Shown here: positions 18,901 to 25,891 of the stretch, piece by piece
How positions within the stretch are numbered: the first letter of the stretch is position 1
Layout: each line of letters opens with the position of its first letter
NCBI GenBank assembly: GCA_965368975.1
Contig: CBDUPA010000038.1
Coordinates: forward strand, 1-29,745
Length of the DNA stretch: 29,745 bases
Origin: an uncultured bacterium
GTDB lineage: Bacteria > Acidobacteriota > Thermoanaerobaculia > Multivoradales > JAHZIX01
Direction of reading: 5' to 3'
Program-made: the position numbers and the translations under genes
Notes under the pieces: generated by a model
Databases searched by the model: none
What the model saw: only the letters and a program-made list of their open reading frames with translations
Told to the model about the DNA's origin: nothing

Positions 18901-21900
18901 GGCTACCCGGAGCGCCGGAAGCCACCAAACAGCTTCCGGTGTAGGTCGCGGTACTTCCCACCGCCAAGGAGAAGGGCGTCGGCAGGGTCGTAGCCGTGCC
19001 GGGGCTCCCGTCGCCGGGGACAGTCTCCCAGGTACAGCTGCTGAGGTCCGCGGGTAGCTCGACGTCCAGCTGTACGGAATCAGCATCGAGCGGACCGTCG
19101 TTGCCGACGACGAACGTGTAGGTCACGCTCTCACCGGCGATCACGGCCCCGGCCGTGCTGCTGAGCTGCACTGAGACATCCGAACCCCATAAGATGTCGT
19201 CGGTATCGGAAGCCTCGTTGAAGTCCGTATCCGGGTCCCCCAGCGATGTCACGTTGACCGTATTCGTCACTTGACCGCGCGCGCCGGCCTTGACGGTGCA
19301 GTCAATGGTGTAGGTCACCGTGCTGTCCACAGGCATGACTAGCTCTGCGTTCACAGAAACCCCTCCAGTCTCGACGGCTGGGATGTCCTCGTTGATCGAG
19401 GTACCAGCCGACCCCTCACCACTCCACGTGCAGTTCTCCAGCTGCGGCGACAGAGTATCGGTCAAGATCACCGAAGTCGCATCACTGGGTCCGGCGTTGC
19501 TGACCACGATCTCGTACGTCACTGACTCGCTAGCCACCACGCCGTCGCGATGATTCGTCTTGGTCACGCTGATGTCCGCATCCTGCCCGATCTCATCGCT
19601 GACTTCAGCCGAGTTGTTGGAGGTATCTGGATCTACAGTAAACGTGGCCGAGGCCGTGTTCTCCAGGAATCCCGTAGCATCTGCCAACACCGTGCAGGTG
19701 AACTCATACTCGACGAAACCACCCACAGCCAGGGACAGCGTCTCGGAGAAGGTAAAGCCGCTGCCTGACTCGTTGCTACCAGTGGCGTTCGCGAAATCGG
19801 TCCTGCTCCAGGTGCAGTTCTTCAGCTGATCTGAGGGCAGATTGTCTATCAACGAAACCGAAGCAGCATCGCTGGGCCCGAGGTTACGCACCTCGACGAC
19901 ATAGCTGACGGGCTTGCCCGCTACCGGGACGTCGACGCCAATCGTCTTGGTCACTTGGATGTCCGTGTATTGCGAGATCGCGTCGGTGTCGGTGGCACTG
20001 TCTGTGACACTCCCACCCAGCGCACTGATCGATGCCGTATTGGTTAACGTACCCGTCGCACTGGGATCGACCGTGCAGGTGATCTGGTACTGCACCGAGC
20101 TTCCGGCTGGCATCGATAGCGTCTGATTCAAGGCTGAGGCGTTCGTTCCCGCACTACCACCTGTCGCTCCCCCACTTTGGGCAGGAACTGCCCAGCCACA
20201 ACCTGTCAACGCTGACGCAAAGGTGTCCGTCAAGGATACGGAAGTTGCATCGCTCGGTCCCGGGTTCGCTACGGTCACGGTATAGGTCAGTGGCTGACTG
20301 GCCAATACACCATTGCCACCGCTCGACTTGGTCACACTGACCTGTGCATCTTGCACGATCGAATCGGAATCCTGGGCCGTCTTGGGACTGGCTGGATCAC
20401 TGTCCGACGTCACCGTGGCAGTGTTGGTCAGGGCCCCTGTTGCGCTCGAGTCTAGTGTGCACGTGACCTCGTAGGTCACCTTGCTGCCCGCAGGCATCGA
20501 TACGCTCAAGTCAGACAGGCTCGAAGCAGGGCCAGCGTTCGATGTGTAGTTCGCCGCACCACCTGTGCCACTACCCGTCCAGCCACAACCCTGCAAGACT
20601 GCCGGGAACGAGTCTTCCACGTTGACTACGGGGGCGTCACTCGGACCGGTGTTGACCACCTCGATGGTGTAGGTCAGCTCGTCGCCCGCGGTCACCTGCG
20701 TCACGCCGTCATCCTTCGTCACGGTGAGGTTGGCGCTCCGGGTCACGTTCACCGTCGCGGCATCCGAGTTTGCCTTGGGGCCAGGATCCTCGGCCGTGGA
20801 AACCGTGGCTGTGGTGGTCAGGTTTCCGAAAGCACTTGCCGCCACCGAGCAGGTGCCGGTGTAGGTCGCGGTGCTCCCCACCGATAGGCTCAGCATCGCT
20901 GGCAGAGTCGCGGCATTGCCGCCTCTCTCCCAGCCGCAGCTGAGCTCGGAGGGTAGGGATAGGTTCAGCGTCACCGACGCAGCGTCAACCGGCCCATCGT
21001 TGCCGACGACGACGGTGTAGATCAGGCTTTCACCCGCTGCGACTGTACTGGTCGAACTGCTGTTGGTGACCCAGACATCCGAGCCCCAAGAGGTGGCGTC
21101 TGAATCCGTAGCGGAGTTGTTGCCCGTATCGGGGTCACCCTGCGCTGTTGCAGTCACAGAGTTGCTCAGCGTTCCCCGGGCCGTCGACTTGACATTACAG
21201 GTCACCAGGTATGTGGCCATACTCCCCACCGGCATTGCCAAGTCTGCGGAGAGGGACGAGCCAGTGCCGCCAGTACAGCCGGAGGCCAAGGGCAGACCCG
21301 AACACGTCCAGCTACAGTTCTCTAGATCGGACGGAAAATTGTCGGTTACCTCTAACGATGAGGCATCGCTCGGGCCGAGATTGCGAACCTGGATGCTGTA
21401 CGTGACGGGCTGACCGGCCACCACGCCATCACCACCGTTGGTCTTGGTCACCACGATGTCAGGGCGCTGTGAGATCGAATCGGTATCGGTGTCACTGTCC
21501 GTCCAGGAACCGCCTAGTGCACTGATGGATGCTGTGTTGGTCAAGGTGCCCGTAGCACTCGGGTTCACCGTGCACGCGATCTGGTACCTAGCCGAGCTAC
21601 CGACCGGCATAACTAGAACCTGATTGAGTGCAGCGCCAGAACCCAAGGTACCACCCGTGGCACCGCCACTCTGAACAGGAGCACCCCAACTACAGCCCGT
21701 CAGCTCCGACGAGAAGGTGTCTGTCAAGTTCACAGCCGAGGCATCGCTCGGTCCGTTATTGGTGACCTGCACAGTGTATGTGACCGGCTGACTCGCCACG
21801 ACACCATCACCGCCGCTCGTCTTGGTCACTTGGACATCCGCTTCCTGCACAATCGGGTCCGAGTCCGTTGCGGTCTTTGGGCTTGCCGGATCACTGACCG

Positions 21901-24900
21901 AGGTCACCGTCACGGTATTGGTCAACGTGCCGGTGGCATTCGAGGCCAGCGTGCACTCGACCTCGTAGCTCACCGTGGTGCCGGCGGGCATCGCCAATGT
22001 TTCAGAGAGACTCGCGCCGGAGCCAGCACCGTAGCCAGACGCTCCACCTGAACCGTTACTCGTCCAGGAGCAATCCTGCAAGACTGCTGGGAAGTTGTCC
22101 GAGACAGTGACGGTAGGCGCATCACTAGGGCCATCGTTGGTCACTTGAATGGTGTACGCAACGACCTCACCAGCGACCACTTGTGGAACACCGTTGCCCT
22201 TCGTCACGCTGAGATCGGCACTCCGGGTCACGTTCACCGTCGCGGCATCCGAGTTCGCCCTGGGGCCCGGATCCTCGGCCGTGGAAACCGTCGCGGTCGT
22301 GGTCAGGCTTCCGAATGCGCTCGATGCCACTGAGCATGTGCCGGTATAGGTCGCGGTACTTCCCACCGGTAGGCTCAGCGGCGCGGGTAGGATCGTTCCG
22401 TTGCCAGATGCACCGTTGGTCGTCGTGCTCGACCAACTGCAGCTGAGTTCGGAGGGCACGGATACGCCAAGCGTCACCGACGCGGCATCGAGGGGACCGT
22501 CGTTGCCGGCCACAACGGTGTACGTCAGGTTCTCACCCGCCGCCACCTCACTGACCGAACTATCGTTGGTCACCCAGACATCTGAGCCGCGCGAGATTTC
22601 ATCCGAATCGGTAGCGGAATTGTCGCCTGCATTGGGATCACCCTGCACCGTCGCAATCGCAGTATTGATCAAGGTGCCCGTAGCACTTGGCTCCACCGTA
22701 CAAGAGATCTGGTACTGAGCCGAGCTACCAGCCGGCATCACCAGGCTCTCGTCTAGCGCAGTTCCGGACCCGGAAGTGCCGCCCGTCGCGCCTCCACTCA
22801 GAGTCGGAGCCCCCCAGGAACAGCCCGTCAACTTGGTTGAGAAGGAATCTGCCAAGGCCACAGAGGCAGCATCACTCGGGCCGTTGTTGGTGACCTGCAC
22901 GGTGTACGTGACCGGTTGACTCGCCACCACACCGTCGCCGCCACTACTCTTGGTCACCGCAACGTCCGGCTGCTGTGAGATCGAATCCGTATCGGTGGCA
23001 GCCTTCGGGCTGTCTGGGTCGCTGGCCGCGGTCACGGTTACCGTGGTGACCAAGCTACCCGTGGCACTCGAGGCGAGCGTGCACGTGACCTCATAAGTCA
23101 CGGTGCTAGTCGCGGGCATCGACACCGTCTGAGAGAGAGTGGCACCTGAACCGTCAGTGTAGCCCGCTGCACCTCCCGAACCACTACTGGTCCAGCCGCA
23201 CCCTTGCAAGACAGCCGGCAGATTGTCTACCACTGAGACGGAGGGGGCGTTTCCAGAACCACTGTTGGAGAGCCCGATGGTGTAGACCACCGTTTCTCCA
23301 GCTACCACAGTATCCACGCCATTGCTCTTGGTCACCGAGATGTTGGAGGGTGGTGAGATCGGCGTGATGTCCGTCGCGGTGTTGTTGCTAGCGTCCAGAT
23401 CCAAACCGTCGAGTGCGTCCACGGCGGCTGTGTTTGTCACATCTCCGGTGGCAGACAGGACCACCGTGCACGAGATCTCGTAGTCCACTTGGCTCCCGGC
23501 CGCCATCTCCAGCTTCTGAAGCAGTCTTAGGCCCGAACCGGAGGTTGCACCTAGAACGCCAGCACCAGGATCAGCTACCCAAGAGCACTCTTCGAGTTCG
23601 GCAGGAAACCGATCACCTACCGCCACCGACGATGCGGCGTCGGGCCCGTTATTGATAACAGTGACGTCGTAGGTAATCGGTTGACCAGGATTGACTTGGG
23701 TCTCCCGTCCCGCCTTCGTTACGGAGATGTCCGCTTCTCCAAGGGGCGCGATCGTGTGACTCGCAGAGTCGGAGGACACCAAGTCTTGGCCAGAAGTTAC
23801 CAAGGCAGTGTTGGTGATCGAGCCTGGCGCCACGAGGGGAACAGAACAGTTGACGTCATAGGTCACTGTGCCTGCACCGCCCAAGGTGAGGTCGTCTTCA
23901 AGTAGAGAGCCGCTGCCGTTGCTATAGCCCGATGAGTTCGTGCCAGCACTCGTCCAGTTGCACGTCAAACCGCCAGGAAACGAGTCGGTTACCGTCACGA
24001 GTGCCTGGTCCAACGACTCATTCGTGACCGAGATCCCGTAATCCAGCGAACCTCCGGCAGTCGCAGTAGTGGTTGGACTCATCTTACTAACGAATACCTC
24101 AAGGGTCGGACATTTCTCACCAACCCTTTGACTGAGCGATTCCAGAAGGTTCGCAGCCCCGCGCAAGACACCACTGGTAGACCTCGAACGAGTCTCTGCT
24201 TCACCTTGCCAACCTGGTGGGGCCCAGACTTCACCGCTCCAACGAGCCACAAGCCAAGGCGGATCGACACGCTCCGAAGCTGCCGACAGGACAGCTCCAA
24301 CGGCATACAAGGTCTGGCGCCCCTGGTGCTCCACCACAACCAAGTTCTCAACTCGGCTCACATCCGGGAACTCCGTGCCCTGCCACCACGCACCGTTCCA
24401 TCTCGCCAACCCCTGCACCTCGACGGCGCCTGCACGACTCAGGTCACCGCCGACGTACAGTGCCGAGCCGCTGCCATCATCATGAACGGCTGAACTCCAC
24501 ACGCGACCATCGACACCTTGCGCCAGGCTGGTCCAAGACGTACCGTCCCACTTCGCGAGATTCTCCACCGAGGCATCACCAGCACGAGAGAAGCGACCAC
24601 CCGCGTAGAGAGCAGGGCCAGTCCCATCGTCGAATACCGCCAGTGCGTGTACCCAGCCGTCGGTGCCCATGCCCACGTGTTGCCAGTCGGTACCGTCCCA
24701 CCTGGCGATGTTCCTAGCTCTTGTTGGGGTGTGGAAAGAACCTGCGGCGTATAGAGTAGCTCCCCGACCGTCGTCGAAGATTGCCAGTGCCGAAACGACG
24801 CCGTCGATTCCGCTGCCCAGCGGGCTCCAGTCCACACCGTCCCACATGACAACACCCTTGGCCTCGAGCTGCCCAACCGTCGCGAACGTACCACCCACAT

Positions 24901-25594
24901 AGAGCCGGGTTGAAGCCTCGTCCTGCTGGATCGCAAGGGCCAGGACGGAGCCTGCCGGGCTCGTCTCGAACGGGCTCCAGGCACCCTCCGTCCAGCTGAG
25001 GAGTTCAGCTGCCGTCTGGGTTTCCAAGCTTCGAGCAGGCGCCGGAACAGCTGCGAAAGCCTGAAGAGCATCTCCCTCACCGGCAATCGCGATGACCGGC
25101 ACAATTTCACAAGGGTCCCTAGCCTCGCGTACCTCTCGCTCACCCGACCGCTGTTGCCCGTCATCGCCGCGCAGCCGGAAGCGCAATCGCATCACTCCAT
25201 CCGCGAGTGCCGTATCCGGCACCGGAATCTCCAGGACGTGCAGTGAGCGTCGATCTAAGCGGCTGCGACCGGTGTCGTCCTCAACCACATTGCCCAGAGA
25301 GAATCCGGAGAGGACCTCCTCGGGTCCCCCAAACGCACCATCTCCGTCGAAGTCCGCCCAGAGATCGAGCTGTGTGCCTGGCTGCCCCCGCCAGCCGACC
25401 AAGAGACGGGCCGTCTCCCCAGGGACGACATCGTCCATCCAATGCAGGGTCACACCTTCGAGAGACCAGTCTTCGCTCGACAGCCCCTCGTCCGCCTGGA
25501 CAGTCACAGCGGCGGCGGCTCCCAACAGAATAAATCCCGCCACCAGAAATCGAAGACACAATCCATCCACCACACCCAGAGCAAGGCGTCCCAT
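9953..25594 (-). CDS. Giant exported protein (~5,213 aa): signal peptide, GEVED-like domain, beta-propeller, ~31 DUF11 repeats, peptidase C25-like (clan CD) domain, C-terminal DDFE..DLSKW tail
   Basis: Uninterrupted ORF with GGAGG RBS before ATG 25594 and signal-like FLVAGFILLGAAAAVTVQA. LWADFDGDGAF...MRLRFRL is GEVED-like (~25170-25460). LYxGGxF...ARWDGxxW blades span ~24190-25010. Repeats DxxVxK...Y.I.V.N.GPSDA...C.W...Y...C...NTA...D....NN span ~12430-24106. LMLVGDDRIVP, GRL, LNGHATH, AVGCHGG, YIANSGFGWG and LYGFP span ~11040-12430. Confidence 0.95.
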   Translation of the reverse strand: MGRLALGVVDGLCLRFLVAGFILLGAAAAVTVQADEGLSSEDWSLEGVTLHWMDDVVPGETARLLVGWRGQPGTQLDLWADFDGDGAFGGPEEVLSGFSLGNVVEDDTGRSRLDRRSLHVLEIPVPDTALADGVMRLRFRLRGDDGQQRSGEREVREARDPCEIVPVIAIAGEGDALQAFAAVPAPARSLETQTAAELLSWTEGAWSPFETSPAGSVLALAIQQDEASTRLYVGGTFATVGQLEAKGVVMWDGVDWSPLGSGIDGVVSALAIFDDGRGATLYAAGSFHTPTRARNIARWDGTDWQHVGMGTDGWVHALAVFDDGTGPALYAGGRFSRAGDASVENLAKWDGTSWTSLAQGVDGRVWSSAVHDDGSGSALYVGGDLSRAGAVEVQGLARWNGAWWQGTEFPDVSRVENLVVVEHQGRQTLYAVGAVLSAASERVDPPWLVARWSGEVWAPPGWQGEAETRSRSTSGVLRGAANLLESLSQRVGEKCPTLEVFVSKMSPTTTATAGGSLDYGISVTNESLDQALVTVTDSFPGGLTCNWTSAGTNSSGYSNGSGSLLEDDLTLGGAGTVTYDVNCSVPLVAPGSITNTALVTSGQDLVSSDSASHTIAPLGEADISVTKAGRETQVNPGQPITYDVTVINNGPDAASSVAVGDRFPAELEECSWVADPGAGVLGATSGSGLRLLQKLEMAAGSQVDYEISCTVVLSATGDVTNTAAVDALDGLDLDASNNTATDITPISPPSNISVTKSNGVDTVVAGETVVYTIGLSNSGSGNAPSVSVVDNLPAVLQGCGWTSSGSGGAAGYTDGSGATLSQTVSMPATSTVTYEVTCTLASSATGSLVTTVTVTAASDPDSPKAATDTDSISQQPDVAVTKSSGGDGVVASQPVTYTVQVTNNGPSDAASVALADSFSTKLTGCSWGAPTLSGGATGGTSGSGTALDESLVMPAGSSAQYQISCTVEPSATGTLINTAIATVQGDPNAGDNSATDSDEISRGSDVWVTNDSSVSEVAAGENLTYTVVAGNDGPLDAASVTLGVSVPSELSCSWSSTTTNGASGNGTILPAPLSLPVGSTATYTGTCSVASSAFGSLTTTATVSTAEDPGPRANSDAATVNVTRSADLSVTKGNGVPQVVAGEVVAYTIQVTNDGPSDAPTVTVSDNFPAVLQDCSWTSNGSGGASGYGAGSGASLSETLAMPAGTTVSYEVECTLASNATGTLTNTVTVTSVSDPASPKTATDSDPIVQEADVQVTKTSGGDGVVASQPVTYTVQVTNNGPSDASAVNLTDTFSSELTGCSWGAPVQSGGATGGTLGSGAALNQVLVMPVGSSARYQIACTVNPSATGTLTNTASISALGGSWTDSDTDTDSISQRPDIVVTKTNGGDGVVAGQPVTYSIQVRNLGPSDASSLEVTDNFPSDLENCSWTCSGLPLASGCTGGTGSSLSADLAMPVGSMATYLVTCNVKSTARGTLSNSVTATAQGDPDTGNNSATDSDATSWGSDVWVTNSSSTSTVAAGESLIYTVVVGNDGPVDAASVTLNLSLPSELSCGWERGGNAATLPAMLSLSVGSTATYTGTCSVAASAFGNLTTTATVSTAEDPGPKANSDAATVNVTRSANLTVTKDDGVTQVTAGDELTYTIEVVNTGPSDAPVVNVEDSFPAVLQGCGWTGSGTGGAANYTSNAGPASSLSDLSVSMPAGSKVTYEVTCTLDSSATGALTNTATVTSDSDPASPKTAQDSDSIVQDAQVSVTKSSGGNGVLASQPLTYTVTVANPGPSDATSVSLTDTFASALTGCGWAVPAQSGGATGGSAGTNASALNQTLSMPAGSSVQYQITCTVDPSATGTLTNTASISALGGSVTDSATDTDAISQYTDIQVTKTIGVDVPVAGKPVSYVVEVRNLGPSDAASVSLIDNLPSDQLKNCTWSRTDFANATGSNESGSGFTFSETLSLAVGGFVEYEFTCTVLADATGFLENTASATFTVDPDTSNNSAEVSDEIGQDADISVTKTNHRDGVVASESVTYEIVVSNAGPSDATSVILTDTLSPQLENCTWSGEGSAGTSINEDIPAVETGGVSVNAELVMPVDSTVTYTIDCTVKAGARGQVTNTVNVTSLGDPDTDFNEASDTDDILWGSDVSVQLSSTAGAVIAGESVTYTFVVGNDGPLDADSVQLDVELPADLSSCTWETVPGDGSPGTATTLPTPFSLAVGSTATYTGSCLVASGAPGSLTTKAMVTTGEDSDTSNNSDSETVTVTREFDVGVTVFNGVDSVIAGTSSSYTVEVTNNGPSDADTVTLTMSASSDLTCSWSNPSTFSVSAGSTVSYTGTCVLSSSATGEVTVGAVLMAAGDSSSSNNSDSDTDTVAYEADIEVRKSNERGQLTAGEVFTYGITVENHGPSDAPEVALEDEVPPELSCTWTSVPSGGATGNGFVLPATLTMPAGSSVFYIGACTLASDATGTVTNTATVTSSIPDPDPSNNSSTDTDDITQGADVSVVKTSGATFVTAGDDVGYTITVTNKGPSDVAEVRVQDDFPSVVGNCSWTVMVSGGATGASNGSGQQLLQALDMPAGSSATYSVGCTLASWATGNLSNTASISLGGDLDPTNDSSTHDDMIVQSSDLGVSLTTDPSTAIAGDPLVYTLRATNHGASDDPSVTLAASLASELTGCSWTNTATDDPAGSGAALSVTLAVPASTSVTYEAECSVPAGATGSLISDATVTASNPDSVVTNNTSQLTTPIEQQSDLVVSVDTVEAEVVAGETVTYRINVNNDGPSDAASVTLLHTLPTDLTGCTVNGAPYDGPTGQEVVLAADLQLPVSSSVTYNVACTLAADAIGELVYLAKAQIEGDGASDPDESNNTVTKKDTIVARADVSVTKSNGQPTVTAGRSVSYDIEVTNDGPSNASVLLEDPLPSELETCSWSQVLTGGATVDANSPPANLTMPANSTVTYTVSCTLASNATGTLVNTATITLSNDLDDQDNKATDSDPIEQLSELVVTKGRNGGDPLAGNQVVYNIKVKNDGPSDAPSVELTDDLPSELNSCNWNFSLQGSATTSGAALPATLSLPAGDSVTYTGTCQLAANASGTLRNVAMVTVTSGENPVDNTAEDTATIEQRSDVSVSKMGPASVAAGEDVTYSVKLKNDGPSDANSVRLTDTFPGDLNGCRWEPTEILGGVTTPVVGAGSSLDVTLSMPANSSVTYDITCTVSAAAMGTLDNTATVSATGDSTPDNNTATHRLTIQESADLSVSKTLSPDSVVVAGKKVSYTIVATNNGPSDTQAVLSDQLPNDLSGCTWSSSAVGGATGNDSSLPATLSMPAGSSVTYDGTCDLAPSARGQLINTAKLTGTDDDPNLGDETSTTDHSIAVQPDVAVVVNQRSSSIAGAAISYEVTATNHGPGDADAVTLTATLPSPLIGCIWSSSTEPVVSSPLDVTLALSVGSSVTYTAECSLPSSATGIYTVSANVNTSGDPNGSNDFSQLDSQIQVVPNVSVTKGNGLDEVVAGSDITYTIEIINNGPSDAAAVTVADTLPTQLSDCAWTSLAEGSASGNDPGPIEVSELDATLLMPLGSKVTYWVTCTVQANAMGNLVNNVTVTAAGSPDPIVAQHQDDDPIVEGSDLVVSLSHSPADSHAPAEVIAGETVTHTLVVTNGGPSDASSVTLTSDLPPDGEECTWSIVAPDSVGEERDTTSSTLATQLSLPAGTEITFSGLCNVESGTTGSFEYFARAEVDRDPQPGNNEDTNSFTVVRQSDLAIELSNGVTEVKAGEDVTYTLDVRNLGPSDTTGASLTYDFPNQLTGCDWESDVLVDTVTGNTTTSGTSLNEVLDLAADSHVTYRITCRIDPEAAPGSLGNVARINATNTDPDSSNNRAEDTDTLLRRADLGVDLELTDPTGEVVAGGEVSYELKVVNEGPSDAFDVTLIDQAAAQEKTCSWQLVSQDGVSALQPDSTALRATFAIQEGGELHYRVNCTLDAAATGTVVHQATVEVDPEDIDPDLTDNTDTVESALKVAPDIEVTLTNGVDEIVAGKSVSYTLTVTNHGPSDALGIELSDQRPSQLDCDWQSDPVAGVTGNAAGSGLSLVANLDMLANTSVIYELDCELSSTANGILVYAAEAKFDGDPAPGNNYSEDKDQVIRESDLEVTLDDGNDYTVAGTQVVYALTVENRGPSDVASALLTTTLAPELTSCTWGAPSGSDFTVEQDEGGRDLRVYVSMLADGVVRYAITCSLADGAEGTVVSSALIDGQHDLNPDNNEDSDVNAIVKPADIVVQITSGVDTVAAGGSMIYHLLVSNASVWDAQQVRLHANFTGSEPACRWEATATGEATGFQPVGMGLELQEEVSLPANSSLWYLFSCKVPDVDQGSLVFTAEADSPTDLEPGNNSATHQASIVRPTDVETVILTHFQRMRSQQAASAADLEALQAKLSDFAGHGSVNGVIFDLGYSEDLAALYERWDAGSPDPEEEAARANEVLFGCEPAVCGGKISGIQILLDSVLSLYDLDGNFGFGAQAARANGYLMLVGDDRIVPLARIGDRTLNPSEQDYVSPGGLSALGLTATRTTVGRALADNRYLSDDPLVARGGVKVRRDDLDRKRNFLPLLITGRLLEEPAQIVDSLNRFLELDGKLDLTQRDRRVLVTGYDFLQDSSRRIRNIWRQALAPTQDPASLEPVYGQLIGSTWGYQTVGERSNILLQHMSGFGQGAYGIISLNGHATHYQEGVPGDDFDDIQGLNTAAIDAGLDLYGSVLYAVGCHGGLPVPDRGATTLDRPWDLAQTYLDRGALVYIANSGFGWGLKNSVGYSERLVEIFTEELTSASELTVGQAVHSAKYRYFDEDAEEFDAYDVKTSLQWTLYGFPMTTIITGIADSATEAAIAKNLIGVTAAEEEPVETTEPNLLVAATQFSIKGDLAYAKYTASGEQIPLLTVCPPPADGEPAGCYYTLNGGATSAADLPVEPVLRWDTRVSNTSQHGVLWKGGKYTEESNWTPVFARLVSNGGELDPGSLPRKIMIRPRGGSRPGSLFGQDDCRATDTAINQLSLIPAELHDEGNGLLTHRLYRDVSIETFYFRGAEADDNCDREGPLFEDADSYHEVHDSTVRWSVPVTDEDSEVWRVVVVYDDEANQEWKAIDLTFSEESGRWEGYLPLSPTDGWDTLTYFLQAVDKKGNVSFFEFQDAGKAAGPSGIDLGLPNPVELDMPSVSPLLSDDFEGRDLSKWTAVHP
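12430..24106 (-). repeat. Array of ~31 tandem ~125-aa DUF11 (TIGR01451-type) Ig-like domains
   Basis: 31 units counted by eye from the 'DxxVx(K/L/V/N)...N.GP.DA' starts, most with two Cys. Some units remain closely similar at DNA level (e.g. ~20736-20894 vs ~22221-22379). Confidence 0.88.
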
Positions 25595-25688
25595 GTAGAC
25601 CTCCAGAGCCAATTTTATGCAAAGATGCACATATTGATAATGCATTTCCCCAAACAAATTACATAAAATAAGAACAGCAGAGTCCTTA

Positions 25689-25705
25689 GGCAAGCAACAT
25701 GCCAA
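25689..25705 (-). promoter_or_regulatory. Sigma-54 (-24/-12) promoter of the giant gene
   Basis: Minus strand reads TTGGCATGTTGCTTGCC (GG-N10-GC, TTGC at -12), ~95 bp upstream of ATG 25594 and adjacent to a sigma-54 activator gene. Confidence 0.8.
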
Positions 25706-25754
25706 CGTCGATGAGGCATCTCTTCAAGGACTTTTCCCATCGCAAGAGCAGCAC

Positions 25755-25806
25755 CATCGTCCGTCATTCCGCACCTGAACCGTCTCAAACCGTCCGACGG
25801 ACGATG
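25755..25806. promoter_or_regulatory. Candidate upstream activator sequence (enhancer)
   Basis: A perfect 11-bp inverted repeat, CATCGTCCGTC (25755-25765) / GACGGACGATG (25796-25806), encloses CTGAACCGTCTCAAACCGTCC. It lies ~50-100 bp upstream of the -24 element, and a related motif recurs at the second sigma-54 promoter. Confidence 0.6.
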
Positions 25807-25891
25807 CAAGACGAGTCTCGGGCGAGACGTCACATCAGCGACATTTTTTGGAAGTGCTGGCTATGTATACTGCTAAACTTTGTCGATGGGC

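Noticed and set aside
12430-24106. Regularly recurring DNA motif (e.g. GCATCRCTSGGNCC) as a CRISPR-like or DGR repeat
   Set aside because: The ~380-bp period matches the coding GPSDA motif. There are no identical repeats with unique spacers, no cas or reverse transcriptase gene, and differences between copies are not adenine-specific.
9450-25666. Many plus-strand ORFs up to 416 aa (e.g. 9450-10151, 12521-13771, 13787-14725, 14726-15670)
   Set aside because: Antisense or alternate-frame shadows of the giant gene and its paralog stub; their periodicity mirrors the DUF11 repeats.
25595-25705. ORF-track start of the giant gene at 25705
   Set aside because: That TTG is part of the sigma-54 -24 element, and the extra 37 codons are AT-rich leader. 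ATG 25594 has a GGAGG RBS and a signal peptide.
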